Virus record (IMG/VR): IMGVR_UViG_3300010357_001332
Direction: 5' to 3' (one strand)
Length of the DNA: 64,000 bases
DNA from: a virus
Taxonomy: Duplodnaviria; Heunggongvirae; Uroviricota; Caudoviricetes
The position numbers and the translations under genes are program-made. Every line of letters starts with the position of its first letter. Positions within the stretch are counted from its first letter, which is position 1. The notes beneath the pieces are model-generated. The model did no database searches. It had not been told where the DNA came from and saw only the letters and a list, made by a program, of their open reading frames with translations. Shown here one piece after another: positions 37,267-48,063 of this stretch.

Positions 37267-37644
37267 TTATCTACTTTTTTCTTCAATCATATTATTAAGA
37301 TCTTTTGCATACTTAAGAAATATTGAACGGATGAGTTCAAGAGTTTCTCTATCTTCGCAAGCACAATAAGAAAGAATATGATTTAAATCCTTCTCTACCT
37401 TCCCAAAAATTAAAGTTTTCTTTTGAACAAGAAAAGGACCTTCTTGAACGCAAGAACAAGAAGAATCAGATAACTCAAATTTACGCATATAATAGATATC
37501 TGCTTCTAATTTCCTTTTAGGAACACCGAGTTTTATTGAAAGTTCACTGGTAGAAACTCTATCGCATGCTTTAATCATTTGAGTAATACCTGGTACTTTT
37601 TGTTCATATTCTTGAAATCTTTTTACATATCTTTGCCCTTTCAT
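37267..37644 (-). CDS. hypothetical protein
   Basis: 125-aa ORF. Confidence 0.45.
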   Translation of the reverse strand: MKGQRYVKRFQEYEQKVPGITQMIKACDRVSTSELSIKLGVPKRKLEADIYYMRKFELSDSSCSCVQEGPFLVQKKTLIFGKVEKDLNHILSYCACEDRETLELIRSIFLKYAKDLNNMIEEKSR

Positions 37645-37658
37645 TCTTTTCTCCTATT

Positions 37659-37883
37659 TTAATATGTACCCATTGTAATATGGGCTTTGATTGCTGCTAT
37701 TTGCATCAGAGTATACTCATAATCAAACTTCTCATCATATCTTTCCAATATCTTCTGAGAAGAAAGATTTTTAAGATAGGCCTTAGCAATAAGTCTTTTA
37801 TCCTTCTCTGTTACCTTAACAAGCTTTGGTCTTCTGTCAATTCTTCTATAAACAGAATCATGATATCTTCCAGTAGGTTTCAT
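37659..37883 (-). CDS. hypothetical protein
   Basis: 74-aa basic ORF. Confidence 0.35.
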   Translation of the reverse strand: MKPTGRYHDSVYRRIDRRPKLVKVTEKDKRLIAKAYLKNLSSQKILERYDEKFDYEYTLMQIAAIKAHITMGTY

Positions 37884-37902
37884 ATATAAACTCCTTATTA
37901 AA

Positions 37903-38301
37903 TTAAATTTTTTCTAATGTAACTGTAGTTTTAAATTCTCCGTCACCTCCTGTATTAGCAAAGAAACAATATTCAAATGATTCATCAAGATAATCAGTAT
38001 CAGAAAGAAAATCTGACCAATACTGATCATCTGTCTCAGATGAAGAAAATAGATAGCAAACATCACCTATTACAATAGTACCTTTTGTTTTAAGAATAAA
38101 GTTATGTTTTATCTTACCTGCCCAGCAGTTAGGAATAGAAATAGAACACTTATATTCACCAGGTTCTACTTCTACTTTTTTACAAAGACTGGAAGCAGTA
38201 CTACCAAATTTGCCACCACAAGATTCTATATAATCAAGATCAACCACGCTAATATTTCCTGCATCTACGCCATACGAACCTGTAATAATTTGTTTAGACA
38301 T
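37903..38301 (-). CDS. hypothetical protein
   Basis: 132-aa ORF. Confidence 0.45.
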   Translation of the reverse strand: MSKQIITGSYGVDAGNISVVDLDYIESCGGKFGSTASSLCKKVEVEPGEYKCSISIPNCWAGKIKHNFILKTKGTIVIGDVCYLFSSSETDDQYWSDFLSDTDYLDESFEYCFFANTGGDGEFKTTVTLEKI

Positions 38302-38489
38302 TTTAAGCCTCCTTTTTATTTATTTACTCTATTTCCTCTGCATTAGTAAATTCAAAATAATGAATTACTTTATTTGTTTTAGGATCAAATATTTCTATTT
38401 GAGTATCTGTAAAACAGATACCAATATTATTCACAGAATCAACAAAAGCTTGTCCTATAACATCAGCAGCATAGAACTTTCTATAAAGT

Positions 38490-38876
38490 TCATTTCTCAT
38501 TCTTCTTCTCCTTGATAATATAATTGATAGTTTTTACATCGAAATTATTTATAGATACTTCTTTATAAATGTTATCTAAATTAGATTTCCATATAAGGTC
38601 TGTTTTTTCTAGAACAGTATGATCGTCTAAAATCAAGATAATCTTTTCATCAAATTCTATAGTTTGAAGAACATCTACATGTTTAGAAATCTTTGTTTTA
38701 TCAGAAAAACCTAAGAACATAATTACAACTGCAAATACTACACTTAATATCATTACAGAAATAGTAACCCATCTAAATTTTGAAGACTCATAATTATTTA
38801 CTAAATAAGAATGTATTCCTGTTGAACCTATACCTACTATCATTGCTGCTATTAATAACCAAAAATATATTGGCAT
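38490..38876 (-). CDS. membrane protein
   Basis: Two N-terminal TM helices. Confidence 0.45.
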   Translation of the reverse strand: MPIYFWLLIAAMIVGIGSTGIHSYLVNNYESSKFRWVTISVMILSVVFAVVIMFLGFSDKTKISKHVDVLQTIEFDEKIILILDDHTVLEKTDLIWKSNLDNIYKEVSINNFDVKTINYIIKEKKNEK

Positions 38877-39177
38877 TACAAAATCTCCTTTATTTAGTTT
38901 CTATCCTAAACTGAAATCTTTTTAATGTAACTACTTTAGTTGTAAAATAATCTTTAGAAAATTCTACCTCAAAATCAGAAAAATTAGAATAAATATGTAC
39001 AATTACACCTCTATCTCCTTTGTAGAGATAAAATTCAGGTAGATCATCTACCAAAGTTATTATATCATGTTCTGATAGTGAAGTGTCTAATAACATTTTT
39101 TATTAATCTCCTTGTGATGTAGTATTATACTTAAAAAATGAGTAATAACTTTTATTTTTCTTTTTTGGAGAAAAGAG

Positions 39178-39564
39178 ATGCTACATCTAAACTCAAATAC
39201 AATCGTTTTTGCTATAGGAAATAACCAACACGTTATTAAGTTTGCAAACAATCTAGAAGATTTAGTGCAGCAAACTAAAAGATTAATAGATTCATTAACT
39301 AATCCGGAGAATTTAAAAAATTTAGATACTGATGTAGCATCTCCGTATACTGTTACATTATTTGCTAATCAGCAAAAACAAAAACTAGATCAAATAGAAA
39401 AACAATTAGAACCAACTCTTCAACAATTTAAAAAACAAATTTTAGATATCTATAATGAAGTAGAACTTTATACAAGAGATATGTATAGTTATAATAATCT
39501 AACTGGTGAAACATATTCTGTTAGTGATATTGAATTACCTAGAGAAAAATCATATATAGTATAA
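39178..39564 (+). CDS. hypothetical protein (plus strand)
   Basis: RBS GGAGAAAAGAG before the ATG; divergent from the minus-strand genes. Confidence 0.4.
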   Translation: MLHLNSNTIVFAIGNNQHVIKFANNLEDLVQQTKRLIDSLTNPENLKNLDTDVASPYTVTLFANQQKQKLDQIEKQLEPTLQQFKKQILDIYNEVELYTRDMYSYNNLTGETYSVSDIELPREKSYIV

Positions 39565-39566
39565 TT

Positions 39567-39905
39567 ATGTTCAGTTTAAATTCTAAATATGTTGTTAGTG
39601 AATATGATTCACTAAGAGTTATCAAAGCAACGGAAGATAACTTAATATCTTTAATAGAAACAGAATTAAGAAGCATCTCTGATAATCTAGAATACCTAGA
39701 TGAATCTAAAACATCTAAGCAAGATGCTACTAATTTTGTTCATTTTATAAAAGATGAGATAGGTAAATTAAAAGATCCCTATGAATATGCCAAAGAAAAT
39801 TTAACCTCATTGGAATTCTATTTAAAAGATCTTCTTAAAAGAACAGAAGACTTTCTAATCTACAACATGCAGTTAAAAGACAATAGTATCCACGGTTTAT
39901 CCTAA
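39567..39905 (+). CDS. hypothetical protein (plus strand)
   Basis: Immediately follows 39178..39564 on the same strand. Confidence 0.4.
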   Translation: MFSLNSKYVVSEYDSLRVIKATEDNLISLIETELRSISDNLEYLDESKTSKQDATNFVHFIKDEIGKLKDPYEYAKENLTSLEFYLKDLLKRTEDFLIYNMQLKDNSIHGLS

Positions 39906-42134
39906 TACTAATATACTCTCCTCTTTAATTAATTTTTCCAAAACGCGTGATGTTATATATAAATGCTTTGGGAATACTTTACTTTCAAAATAATATTCTC
40001 CTGCGTGGAGATCTCGTTTTGATATAACAAGTACTTGTCCTCTTTCAAATGTACATCTGTGATCAAAATTCTTTACTACTATAAATTTATTGATTTTCAT
40101 AGATAACTTCTATATAATCTTCTTTAAGATATCTTCTAAAATCTTTTGTAGTCAATAGAGGAGCACCTTTTTTAAATATACTAAAATTTCTTAATTCAAT
40201 TCTAGGTCCATTATCAGGAAAACCAAAATCTACATAACCTTTATATCTTACAATAACATCAAAGATTTGATTAAGATAATTAACACGAGGATATTCACTC
40301 AACACAAATATTGGTTTTACTATTTTAACTTTCATTAACAATTACCATTGTACCATCTTTAATCCATTCTCTAAACTCGGAAGACATAAGATATAATGGA
40401 TTTCCTATTCCACCTTCTCTTTCTATTATAAGATTCCAAATATATCCATTTTTGTGATTAGTCCCATTGTTGAAAGGCTTTATATACTTTTGTTCATCTT
40501 TTGTAAGCGGTCTAATTCTATATATAACATTCTGTGTAAGAACTACACTAGAACGGCTGTTTTCATCATCGATTTCCCTAGTTACTCGTACTAACATATT
40601 ATTTTCAATTGTCCTTCTAAAAGAGCTTGTTTAAAATTCTTTCTAGACCAAAGCAAACTGCTGTTATATGGATTCATTAATTTTGCACTAAGATTTTTTG
40701 CATTTACTATATAAAATTTACTTTTTTCTATTCTAGATAATTCGATAATATAAATCTTACCTGAAGGGATATATTTTATTAACATATTACTTGCATATCT
40801 CTATTTCTTAACCACTTTCTGAAATCTTGAACACAGATACTTTGTGTCCTGTTCAGACTCTTATCTACATCTACATAATCTAAAGCAGATAAGAGTATTT
40901 GCCAATCCTCTGTAAATCTTCTATCAAAAGGAATAACTTCTACTGCGTATTTAATATTTGGATAAATACGAGCAAAGGTTCGATTATCCCCTGGGTCAAT
41001 ATCTCTTCTAAAGATCACTATCATTTATTAAAATTATATCTCCATTTTTGATAGCTTGTTTAAAAGCTCTAGTAGATAAATACTTCCACATATATCCACC
41101 GGATTCTGAAGATAATCGAATATCACTATCTGCATCAATGCTTACCATATAGAAGCTGTCACTATCAATAATTCTATTTCTATCACTAGAAAAAAACTTA
41201 TCTGAATTAAGAGATTCATGTAGTTGATTTTTAACAAATATCTTCATTTAAAAAACCTGAATTATATTATTTTTAACAAGCAAACAGAGAGTTCCATATC
41301 TCCATTGAGTTCTGACATAATGATATTTATACTTCTTATTATAATAGATATGTTGATTATCTAGATAACTATTAAAAGTATACACTTCACCTCTTCTACA
41401 ATCATTAAAAGATTGTGTAAAAATAAATCGTTTTGGAATCTTATATGTTGTAGGCATTGATTTTTAATTATTTAAAAAGGAAGTATAATTTTCATTTTTA
41501 CTAGATTTCTTAAAAAAGATTTAGGCCAATAACTTTTATATTGGCCAGATCTAGTTTTATACGTATACACCAATTGTTGTTTAGTTGTATCAAATAAATC
41601 AAAAATATGTACTTCACCCCTTTTACAATCTTTATAATCAGAAATAAATATAAATCTCTTCGGTATCATATTATTTAATTTCTGTTTCAACTTCAATTGT
41701 TTTTAATATTTTAATGTATTCCCACTTTTCTAATACTGCTAATGTTATTGGATTATAGTATAAGTCTGTATTCCAACCTTGATCCTTATTTCTAGAATGA
41801 ACTATGCATGAGTATCTAAATGCTCCTGGAACATGCCCTGCTTGTTGTAATTTCCAAATCTCACCTCTTTTTACGTCTAAAAGTTTATCTGCCACAACAA
41901 TAAATTCGGTAACATAAGTGACTTTCATATCAAAACCCTAATATTTTTATTTTTCAGATTTTCTCTAAAACTACTAGTACTTAAATAACATCTAATATTA
42001 TGACGGTCAGAAAGACGTATATCTTTATCATGATCTATATCTAACTCATACTCACCGGGTTCAATCCATTCTTTAACTAATATAGAATCGGAATTTGCAC
42101 TTTGATGCAATATTTTATAAACATAAATTTTCAT
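39897..42134 (-). repeat. array of ten overlapping small genes (60-90 aa) from at least three paralog families
   Basis: ORFs 39897..40100, 40087..40341, 40325..40597, 40591..40785, 40779..41024, 41008..41247, 41248..41457, 41472..41696, 41671..41928, 41925..42134. Shared motifs: IPKRFIF..DC.RGEV.F (41248/41472) and MKI.V...LH.S.NSD...DIRLS...YLST..F (41008/41925). Confidence 0.5.
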
Positions 42135-43111
42135 ATTTTTAACATCTCTTTTACCTCTGATAAAACTTGTCTAGCTCTATCCATACTCTGATCGATATGA
42201 ATACCGCCTACGCCTTCATGACCCCCGCCGCCATATTTTTCACAAATCTCTTTTATGTTATGTCTACGTTTCTCTTGATTCCAAGGATTTTGAGAAATCG
42301 CAACGTGCCATCCTTTGCCGAAGTAACTCATATCTCTTATATAAGCAGTATAGATAGATTCTGGTTTCCATCTGAATGGAAAGTATCTATCAAATTTATG
42401 ATATTTAGGAATCTCAAAAGTAACTATATCATCTTCTAATTTAGCGACTTTAACAAATTCTCTATATCCTTCTTCAAGTTTATTTTGAATTTTTGAGTAT
42501 CTCCACTCCACAGACCAAGGTAGGTATCCATCCAATAATCTATACAAAAGAGTTCTATCATTAGAAAACATCTTAATAATTTCTTGCCGATAGTTTTCAT
42601 CTGCATCTTCCATCTCTGCTAATCTAAATTTAGGTCCAAATGTTTTTGGATTATAAACATCATCTATACTTGGATATAGAGCGGAATCTACCATATTTAC
42701 TTCTTTTACAATTTCAAAAATTAATTGTTCATCTAAGAATTTATTTCTGTTTTTCATAAGAAAGATAGCTTCCGCACAACTTCTTGCAGAAGGATCAAAA
42801 TTCCCTACAAATTCAGTTGGAACGATTTTTCCCCACCCAGACGCATGATGATCTACCCAAAAGTCTATCGAGGGATTATATAGAAAATCTAGTACTATTA
42901 AAAACTCTGATGAATATTTCTTTTCTAAATCTAATTCTTGCCAGTTGGTAAGATTATAATTAACTGACTCCATCAAGAACTTTGATTTAGTATCACCAGA
43001 ATCTTTTAATAATTTAATATACAAAATACTAGACATAATTCCATCTAGGTCTTGATGATAAAAGATTCTATGATTCATTTTTTTGATCTCCTCGAAGGAA
43101 TTATAGACCAT
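42131..43111 (-). CDS. DHH-DHHA1 phosphoesterase (NrnA-like oligoribonuclease/pAp phosphatase)
   Basis: YHQDLDGIMS (DxD), FWVDHHAS (DHH) and C-terminal GGGGHEGVGG (DHHA1 GGGH). Confidence 0.6.
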   Translation of the reverse strand: MVYNSFEEIKKMNHRIFYHQDLDGIMSSILYIKLLKDSGDTKSKFLMESVNYNLTNWQELDLEKKYSSEFLIVLDFLYNPSIDFWVDHHASGWGKIVPTEFVGNFDPSARSCAEAIFLMKNRNKFLDEQLIFEIVKEVNMVDSALYPSIDDVYNPKTFGPKFRLAEMEDADENYRQEIIKMFSNDRTLLYRLLDGYLPWSVEWRYSKIQNKLEEGYREFVKVAKLEDDIVTFEIPKYHKFDRYFPFRWKPESIYTAYIRDMSYFGKGWHVAISQNPWNQEKRRHNIKEICEKYGGGGHEGVGGIHIDQSMDRARQVLSEVKEMLKI

Positions 43112-43848
43112 CCATCTTGTAAAAATTTTTCTAATTCTTCTGGAAAAATTCTTTTCTTTTTTGAATCCTTTTTCATATAAATTCTTCCTTTTAACTTCAA
43201 GCTCATTTTTTCTTTTATTTCAAGTGTTCGTTCTACACCAAAATGGTCTTCAAAGGAAAGACCCTTATACCAAGGAACTTTTCCTTTATGAGAGGAACTC
43301 ATTTTTTGTTTTAGTTCATCAGATCTACTCCAGGATCTTAATTTTTCTCGAGTTTCTGTAGAAACTTCATGACCTTGTAAGGAATTACTTATCTTTCTTT
43401 TAGTTTCTTCTGAGTGAATAAATCCTAATCTCCCATTAGATTTACCTATTTTAGCTTCTGAAATTTTCTTACTAATTTCATCCGCCTTTTCTTTTCCTAC
43501 TCTCTCCTCTAATGTTTTTCCTTTTCTATTATCAGTAATCCCACCATCACCACCTAGAGCTATATTATAGCCATATTTATCTTCTCTACTGTGAAAAAAT
43601 AGTATACATTCCTTTTCTGATTCGTTTAATTCTTCTTTTGAAGAACAGTATCCAAGTATTTCCCATTTGAATTTAAATGGTGAATATTTTCTAATACTAT
43701 TATATAAATATTTTGTTCCTTTATCTACATTGTTTTTAGCGTCTTGAAGATGCCATCTAATATAATCTTTAAAATTTTTAGTAGTTTTTCCTATATAAAC
43801 TTTTTTAGTTTCAATATTAGTAACTTTATAAATCAATCCATATTTCAT
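43075..43848 (-). CDS. GIY-YIG homing endonuclease
   Basis: GLIYKVTNIETKKVYIGKT...N GIY-YIG core plus C-terminal NUMOD-like repeats. Confidence 0.65.
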   Translation of the reverse strand: MKYGLIYKVTNIETKKVYIGKTTKNFKDYIRWHLQDAKNNVDKGTKYLYNSIRKYSPFKFKWEILGYCSSKEELNESEKECILFFHSREDKYGYNIALGGDGGITDNRKGKTLEERVGKEKADEISKKISEAKIGKSNGRLGFIHSEETKRKISNSLQGHEVSTETREKLRSWSRSDELKQKMSSSHKGKVPWYKGLSFEDHFGVERTLEIKEKMSLKLKGRIYMKKDSKKKRIFPEELEKFLQDGWSIIPSRRSKK

Positions 43849-43931
43849 AATTATATCTTTGATCTTAAATTTCTTTTTTATATTCTTTATAAATATAAAT
43901 CTTCATGATAATAGATTTTAATTTTTTGCAA

Positions 43932-44276
43932 TTATTTGCCCTCAAATTTCTTTTTTAATCTTTCATATGTAGCACGATCTTTCTCTTCTTGAGTTTTATG
44001 TCTATCTTTTTCTTTTTGAAATCTAGATTCTTCTGCTTTAATTCTTTTTTCATATTCTTTATCTGTTTCTAATCTGGAGCCTCTAATAACTATTTGTCCA
44101 AAGTCATAATCTTGATCTATATCTAAATAAAGGTTAACATGTGTTTCTTTGTACTTATCTCTATATCCATTTAAGATATTTATTGTTTTATCTAAATTAT
44201 TAGTACTTAATTCATAAGTTAAATCTTCAGTTAATCTTTCTGGTATAAGTTCTCTTTTATAATTAACTTTCTTCAT
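43932..44276 (-). CDS. hypothetical protein
   Basis: 114-aa ORF. Confidence 0.45.
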   Translation of the reverse strand: MKKVNYKRELIPERLTEDLTYELSTNNLDKTINILNGYRDKYKETHVNLYLDIDQDYDFGQIVIRGSRLETDKEYEKRIKAEESRFQKEKDRHKTQEEKDRATYERLKKKFEGK

Positions 44277-44482
44277 AACTTTTCGGCCTCTAATATCTTA
44301 CATAATTGTTCAAACAGTTCGTGCCTTTCTTCTGATGATTTCAAAGTAATATCGAAATATTTATTACCAGTAGCTGAAGTAAATCTAATACATAATTCAC
44401 CATATTTTTCAATATGAATTACTTTAGATAAATCTAATAATTGATTGTTAATTATTTTCCACATATTATTCTTCCTCCTCAT
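44273..44482 (-). CDS. hypothetical protein
   Basis: 69-aa ORF. Confidence 0.35.
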   Translation of the reverse strand: MRRKNNMWKIINNQLLDLSKVIHIEKYGELCIRFTSATGNKYFDITLKSSEERHELFEQLCKILEAEKL

Positions 44483-44708
44483 CTACGCTGGGAACTCTTC
44501 TGATTAGATCTACATATTCACCAAAATATTTATCAAATACATTAATAAGGTTTTCATAGTCACCAACCTGCATCTCTGATTGTATTTGCTTATAATCTAC
44601 CCCTAACTGTTTACCATAATTTCTAGCGTAAGCAAGAAGCACGAAAGCATTTCCTTCCGGACCATTTAAATCTATTTCTGGTTTATGATCAGATTTGGTT
44701 TTAATCAT
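44466..44708 (-). CDS. hypothetical protein
   Basis: 80-aa ORF. Confidence 0.35.
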   Translation of the reverse strand: MIKTKSDHKPEIDLNGPEGNAFVLLAYARNYGKQLGVDYKQIQSEMQVGDYENLINVFDKYFGEYVDLIRRVPSVDEEEE

Positions 44709-44720
44709 ATAATCTACTCC

Positions 44721-44981
44721 TTAAAAAAGTATAGGTGTATCTTTGTATAGATACTGTATTATTAATTTTTCATGAATCCAATACTTTAAGTTTTCTATAT
44801 TATTAGATGGACCTGCAGATAGCGTGTGATTCCTTTCAATATAACCTTCTCTTCTAAGACAAGTTCTAGTTAAAGAACAAATAACTGTATTCAGTACTAA
44901 TATGTCACCCTTCTCTGCATAAAGCAGATGTTCATCTATATAATCTCTACAATCTCCTGTAGCTATATAAGCAATATACAT
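44721..44981 (-). CDS. hypothetical protein
   Basis: 86-aa ORF. Confidence 0.35.
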   Translation of the reverse strand: MYIAYIATGDCRDYIDEHLLYAEKGDILVLNTVICSLTRTCLRREGYIERNHTLSAGPSNNIENLKYWIHEKLIIQYLYKDTPILF

Positions 44982-44982
44982 T

Positions 44983-45273
44983 CTATTGCTCCCTAAATAT
45001 AAGTCTGCTTTCTCTAGAACCTATGTATTCTAGAAGACCTTTTTTAAACCATTTCCTGCATTGCAAAGCAAAATTATCGCCTATGTATAGTGGAAATCTT
45101 ACTTCTATCTCCGGATCTGAACCTGGATCAAATCTATAAACACTTGTTCTAAACATTTTCATTCTTTCTGTATCTATTTCTAATATATCTCCCCTTTCAA
45201 AAACCATATCAGTTTTAGATTTAGAGGTAGAACAAATACCAGTTGCAATAAAGTATACAAACATTCTAACCAA
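44983..45273 (-). CDS. hypothetical protein
   Basis: 96-aa ORF. Confidence 0.4.
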   Translation of the reverse strand: MVRMFVYFIATGICSTSKSKTDMVFERGDILEIDTERMKMFRTSVYRFDPGSDPEIEVRFPLYIGDNFALQCRKWFKKGLLEYIGSRESRLIFREQ

Positions 45274-45817
45274 CCTTTAACATTTCTTTTCCAGATTCTG
45301 TTATACCTTCTTTAATGCTATTAATAGCCCATTCTACTTCAATGGAGTCTTTAAAGTTCTGAATATACCCATGGAGTTGTTCAAGACAAAAGATACCTGT
45401 TGCTTCAGATTGAATTTCTATTCCTTCATTAGTTCTATAGATTAAATAGGCAGGATATGTAAGATTACATCTACATACAGAGCACTTCTTATTTTCTTTT
45501 ACCCTTACCTTTTCTATTCGATCGAAAACATAAGGAGGTTCAAAATTAATTATAGTATCAAGCTCAGTAAGATAATACAGCATCTTATCTGGTCTATGCT
45601 TAATAATATAAAGTTTGAAGTAAATAGCAACTTGCTTGATAGCATTTACAAGCTGTGGATAGTACAGATTTCTATTTTGCATTGCATAAAATAACTTTAT
45701 TACTCTATTCAATGCATGTGAAAATTGTCTTTTAGATTTAGGAACTTTCCATCTGGATGAAAGAAGAGATCCTGAATATAGTTTTAATCTTTGAATAGTA
45801 AGTTCTGTTGCATTCAT
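45266..45817 (-). CDS. hypothetical protein
   Basis: 183-aa ORF. Confidence 0.5.
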   Translation of the reverse strand: MNATELTIQRLKLYSGSLLSSRWKVPKSKRQFSHALNRVIKLFYAMQNRNLYYPQLVNAIKQVAIYFKLYIIKHRPDKMLYYLTELDTIINFEPPYVFDRIEKVRVKENKKCSVCRCNLTYPAYLIYRTNEGIEIQSEATGIFCLEQLHGYIQNFKDSIEVEWAINSIKEGITESGKEMLKVG

Positions 45818-46092
45818 TTTTCTTCTCCATATAACCAGGTATAGAATTCTTTAGTCATCATTTGTTTTTTGTTTCTTATTCTGATATCATATAAAATTCT
45901 ATCATATGATTTAACATGCTTTTCTATTTCTGTATAGTAAAACTCATTCAAAATAATGCAATTGCAACCTTTGTTATACCAATCTTGGCTAATTTGCAGA
46001 AGCTGAGAACAAACCCATTGATTTCTATTTAAATAATACAAGCAAAGAATTAACATGAAAAATGATATACTCATAACAATAATAAATATCAT
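45814..46092 (-). CDS. membrane-anchored protein
   Basis: N-terminal TM. Confidence 0.4.
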   Translation of the reverse strand: MIFIIVMSISFFMLILCLYYLNRNQWVCSQLLQISQDWYNKGCNCIILNEFYYTEIEKHVKSYDRILYDIRIRNKKQMMTKEFYTWLYGEEK

Positions 46093-46364
46093 TGATATAA
46101 TACCTCCTTAGCTATATCTATGCTTTCTAATATTATAATCTTCTTATCATTAATCCACTTTTGTATACATTCAATACTAAATCCGTAATAGAGATTACCT
46201 CTGGAGAAAACACCTGTACAGGACATACCATAAAATTTATACTGTAGATTACCGGAACCATATACTTGATTAAAAATACAAAGCATACCTAGCTCTACAT
46301 TAGCATTTTGATAGTAATCACCTTCACCATGTTCCAGAAATATAAACTTACTTGGTACTTTCAT
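46089..46364 (-). CDS. small protein of the PxKFIF paralog family
   Basis: N-terminal MKVPSKFIF resembles 46348..46611 and the 41248/41472 family. Confidence 0.4.
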   Translation of the reverse strand: MKVPSKFIFLEHGEGDYYQNANVELGMLCIFNQVYGSGNLQYKFYGMSCTGVFSRGNLYYGFSIECIQKWINDKKIIILESIDIAKEVLYQ

Positions 46365-46611
46365 ATTGATATATTATTAAATAATTTAATTTATGATAGT
46401 TTTGTATTATATCAAAGCTAAAGTGAAAATATTTATCACGTGATGGTACATTACCATAATGCATATCTTTATGTGTACAAAAGAAATTATATCTAGCACT
46501 ATCACTGTGTAGACGAACATCAGTATTTAAATGACAGACCATACCTTTTTTTAACTGTGCACCCTGCATTGCAAAGTCTTTGCAACAAATAAATTTTAAA
46601 GGTATTATCAT
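46348..46611 (-). CDS. small protein of the PxKFIF paralog family
   Basis: N-terminal MIIPLKFIC. Confidence 0.4.
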   Translation of the reverse strand: MIIPLKFICCKDFAMQGAQLKKGMVCHLNTDVRLHSDSARYNFFCTHKDMHYGNVPSRDKYFHFSFDIIQNYHKLNYLIIYQYESTK

Positions 46612-46961
46612 TTTGCTTTAATTAATTCAACATCCCATTTCTCTACATCTGAAACAAGTATACGAATTACTTGATTAGACTTCTTATTTTTAATCTTCTT
46701 CTTTTTTAACTTTTGTATCTGGTTTTCTTTGTTTATTACATCCCTACGAAGATAGTCTATATGAAAAGATTTCCATCTAGTTCCAAAAGGATAGAAAGTT
46801 TTCCAAACTTCTTCTGATTCATTCTTATAAAAAATAGAACCATCATTTTTAGCATACCTAAAGGTAGCATTCTTAGATTCAAGAAGAGAAATCTCTTCTT
46901 TTAATCCTTTAATTAATTTTTCAAGATAAGCAACCTCTTTTGATTTTTGAGAAGAAATCAT
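46608..46961 (-). CDS. hypothetical protein (coiled coil)
   Basis: 117-aa ORF. Confidence 0.4.
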   Translation of the reverse strand: MISSQKSKEVAYLEKLIKGLKEEISLLESKNATFRYAKNDGSIFYKNESEEVWKTFYPFGTRWKSFHIDYLRRDVINKENQIQKLKKKKIKNKKSNQVIRILVSDVEKWDVELIKAK

Positions 46962-47190
46962 TTTATTTAAAAGAGAACCATTTAAAACTTTAAAGGTAAT
47001 ACTAGAAGGATATCAACCTCTATTTCTAATATAAACTTGACTTACCTCTAGAATAGAACCTTTAGGAATTTTTTTAAAAGAATGATCCCCATCTGATTTA
47101 GATATAGATCCATCCTTTAATAGTTCTATTTTATCTTTTGGTTTAATAAAAGTTAATTTCATATTTATTACTCCTTTTTGAGGATGAAAT

Positions 47191-47418
47191 TTATGGCCTT
47201 ACCCAAAACTTATACCACTTGCGGGCATAATCTTCACAATTATTATTTTTGTTTCTCTCTTCTGGCTTAAATACTCTATACGCCCTAATCAATGATACCG
47301 GTGTGCGTCTAAATCCGTTTTGAATAATGCATTTAGTTTCTAATACGTATCCAAATGGATGATAATAAATTGTATAATGTTTACAATTTTTACAGTATTT
47401 ATATTCCATTGTTTCCAT
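47191..47418 (-). CDS. cysteine-containing small protein
   Basis: CKNC..C motif. Confidence 0.35.
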   Translation of the reverse strand: METMEYKYCKNCKHYTIYYHPFGYVLETKCIIQNGFRRTPVSLIRAYRVFKPEERNKNNNCEDYARKWYKFWVRP

Positions 47419-47923
47419 CCTTTTTGAGGGTGAGCCATTCTACTAATTCTGGACATTGCCCACAACTCGGTTCTTCTTTTTTAAAAGCGCATTTACCACA
47501 TTTCTTTCCAAGTATCTCTGCCGCCTTGCATCGGGCGGTCAACAGTCCGGCCTCATGTCCTGCTTTACGTGCAAAGTCCCCAAGTTCTTTAATTGCCGCA
47601 TCTCGTTCCCTTGTTAGTCTCCCCACCTCTGCCTGTAGTTCATTGCATCGGGCGGTCAGGGTGTCGAATTTCGATTTCCATTCTTTTGCAACAATTTCGT
47701 ATTGCAGTGCAGAATCTTTCCAACCTTTCGCCTCTTCTTGTAGCCTGTCACGGTCGGCTTTTAATTGCTCGTATTCCAAATCTCTTGTGTCAGTATCCGG
47801 CCTATGGTCTGGAGGAAAACTTACAGTAAACGTGTTTAAATTGTATCTGTTAGAACAAGACGAACAAACACCGTTAATGTCACCGGTTCCAAGTTCAGTT
47901 ATTCCGCAATACGGACATTTCAT
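47399..47923 (-). CDS. zinc-ribbon / coiled-coil protein with an internal LTARC repeat
   Basis: N-terminal CPYCG...CSSC; repeated LTARCNELQ / LTARCKAAE encoded by a duplicated TTGCATCGGGCGGTCA; GC-rich relative to the genome. Confidence 0.45.
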   Translation of the reverse strand: MKCPYCGITELGTGDINGVCSSCSNRYNLNTFTVSFPPDHRPDTDTRDLEYEQLKADRDRLQEEAKGWKDSALQYEIVAKEWKSKFDTLTARCNELQAEVGRLTRERDAAIKELGDFARKAGHEAGLLTARCKAAEILGKKCGKCAFKKEEPSCGQCPELVEWLTLKKDGNNGI

Positions 47924-47947
47924 CCCTTCCCTCCTTTACCGCTTTGT

Positions 47948-48037
47948 TAAATCATAAATATTGCTAGATAACTTATTGCAACACCAACGCAGAGCAGAAT
48001 TATGTTGAATAAAATATCAAAAAACGCTTCTATCATA
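47948..48037 (-). CDS. 29-aa hydrophobic peptide
   Basis: MIEAFFDILFNIILLCVGVAISYLAIFMI, preceded by the conserved leader ..GGGGAAGGGAT ATG. Confidence 0.3.
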
Positions 48038-48063
48038 TCCCTTCCCCTTTTACCGCCTTGTTG

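Noticed and set aside
47355-47957. 200-aa plus-strand ORF and nested 47593..47829 ORF
   Set aside because: Antisense to the well-formed minus-strand gene 47399..47923 in a GC-rich block; Ser/Leu/Pro-rich low-complexity translation typical of an antisense frame.
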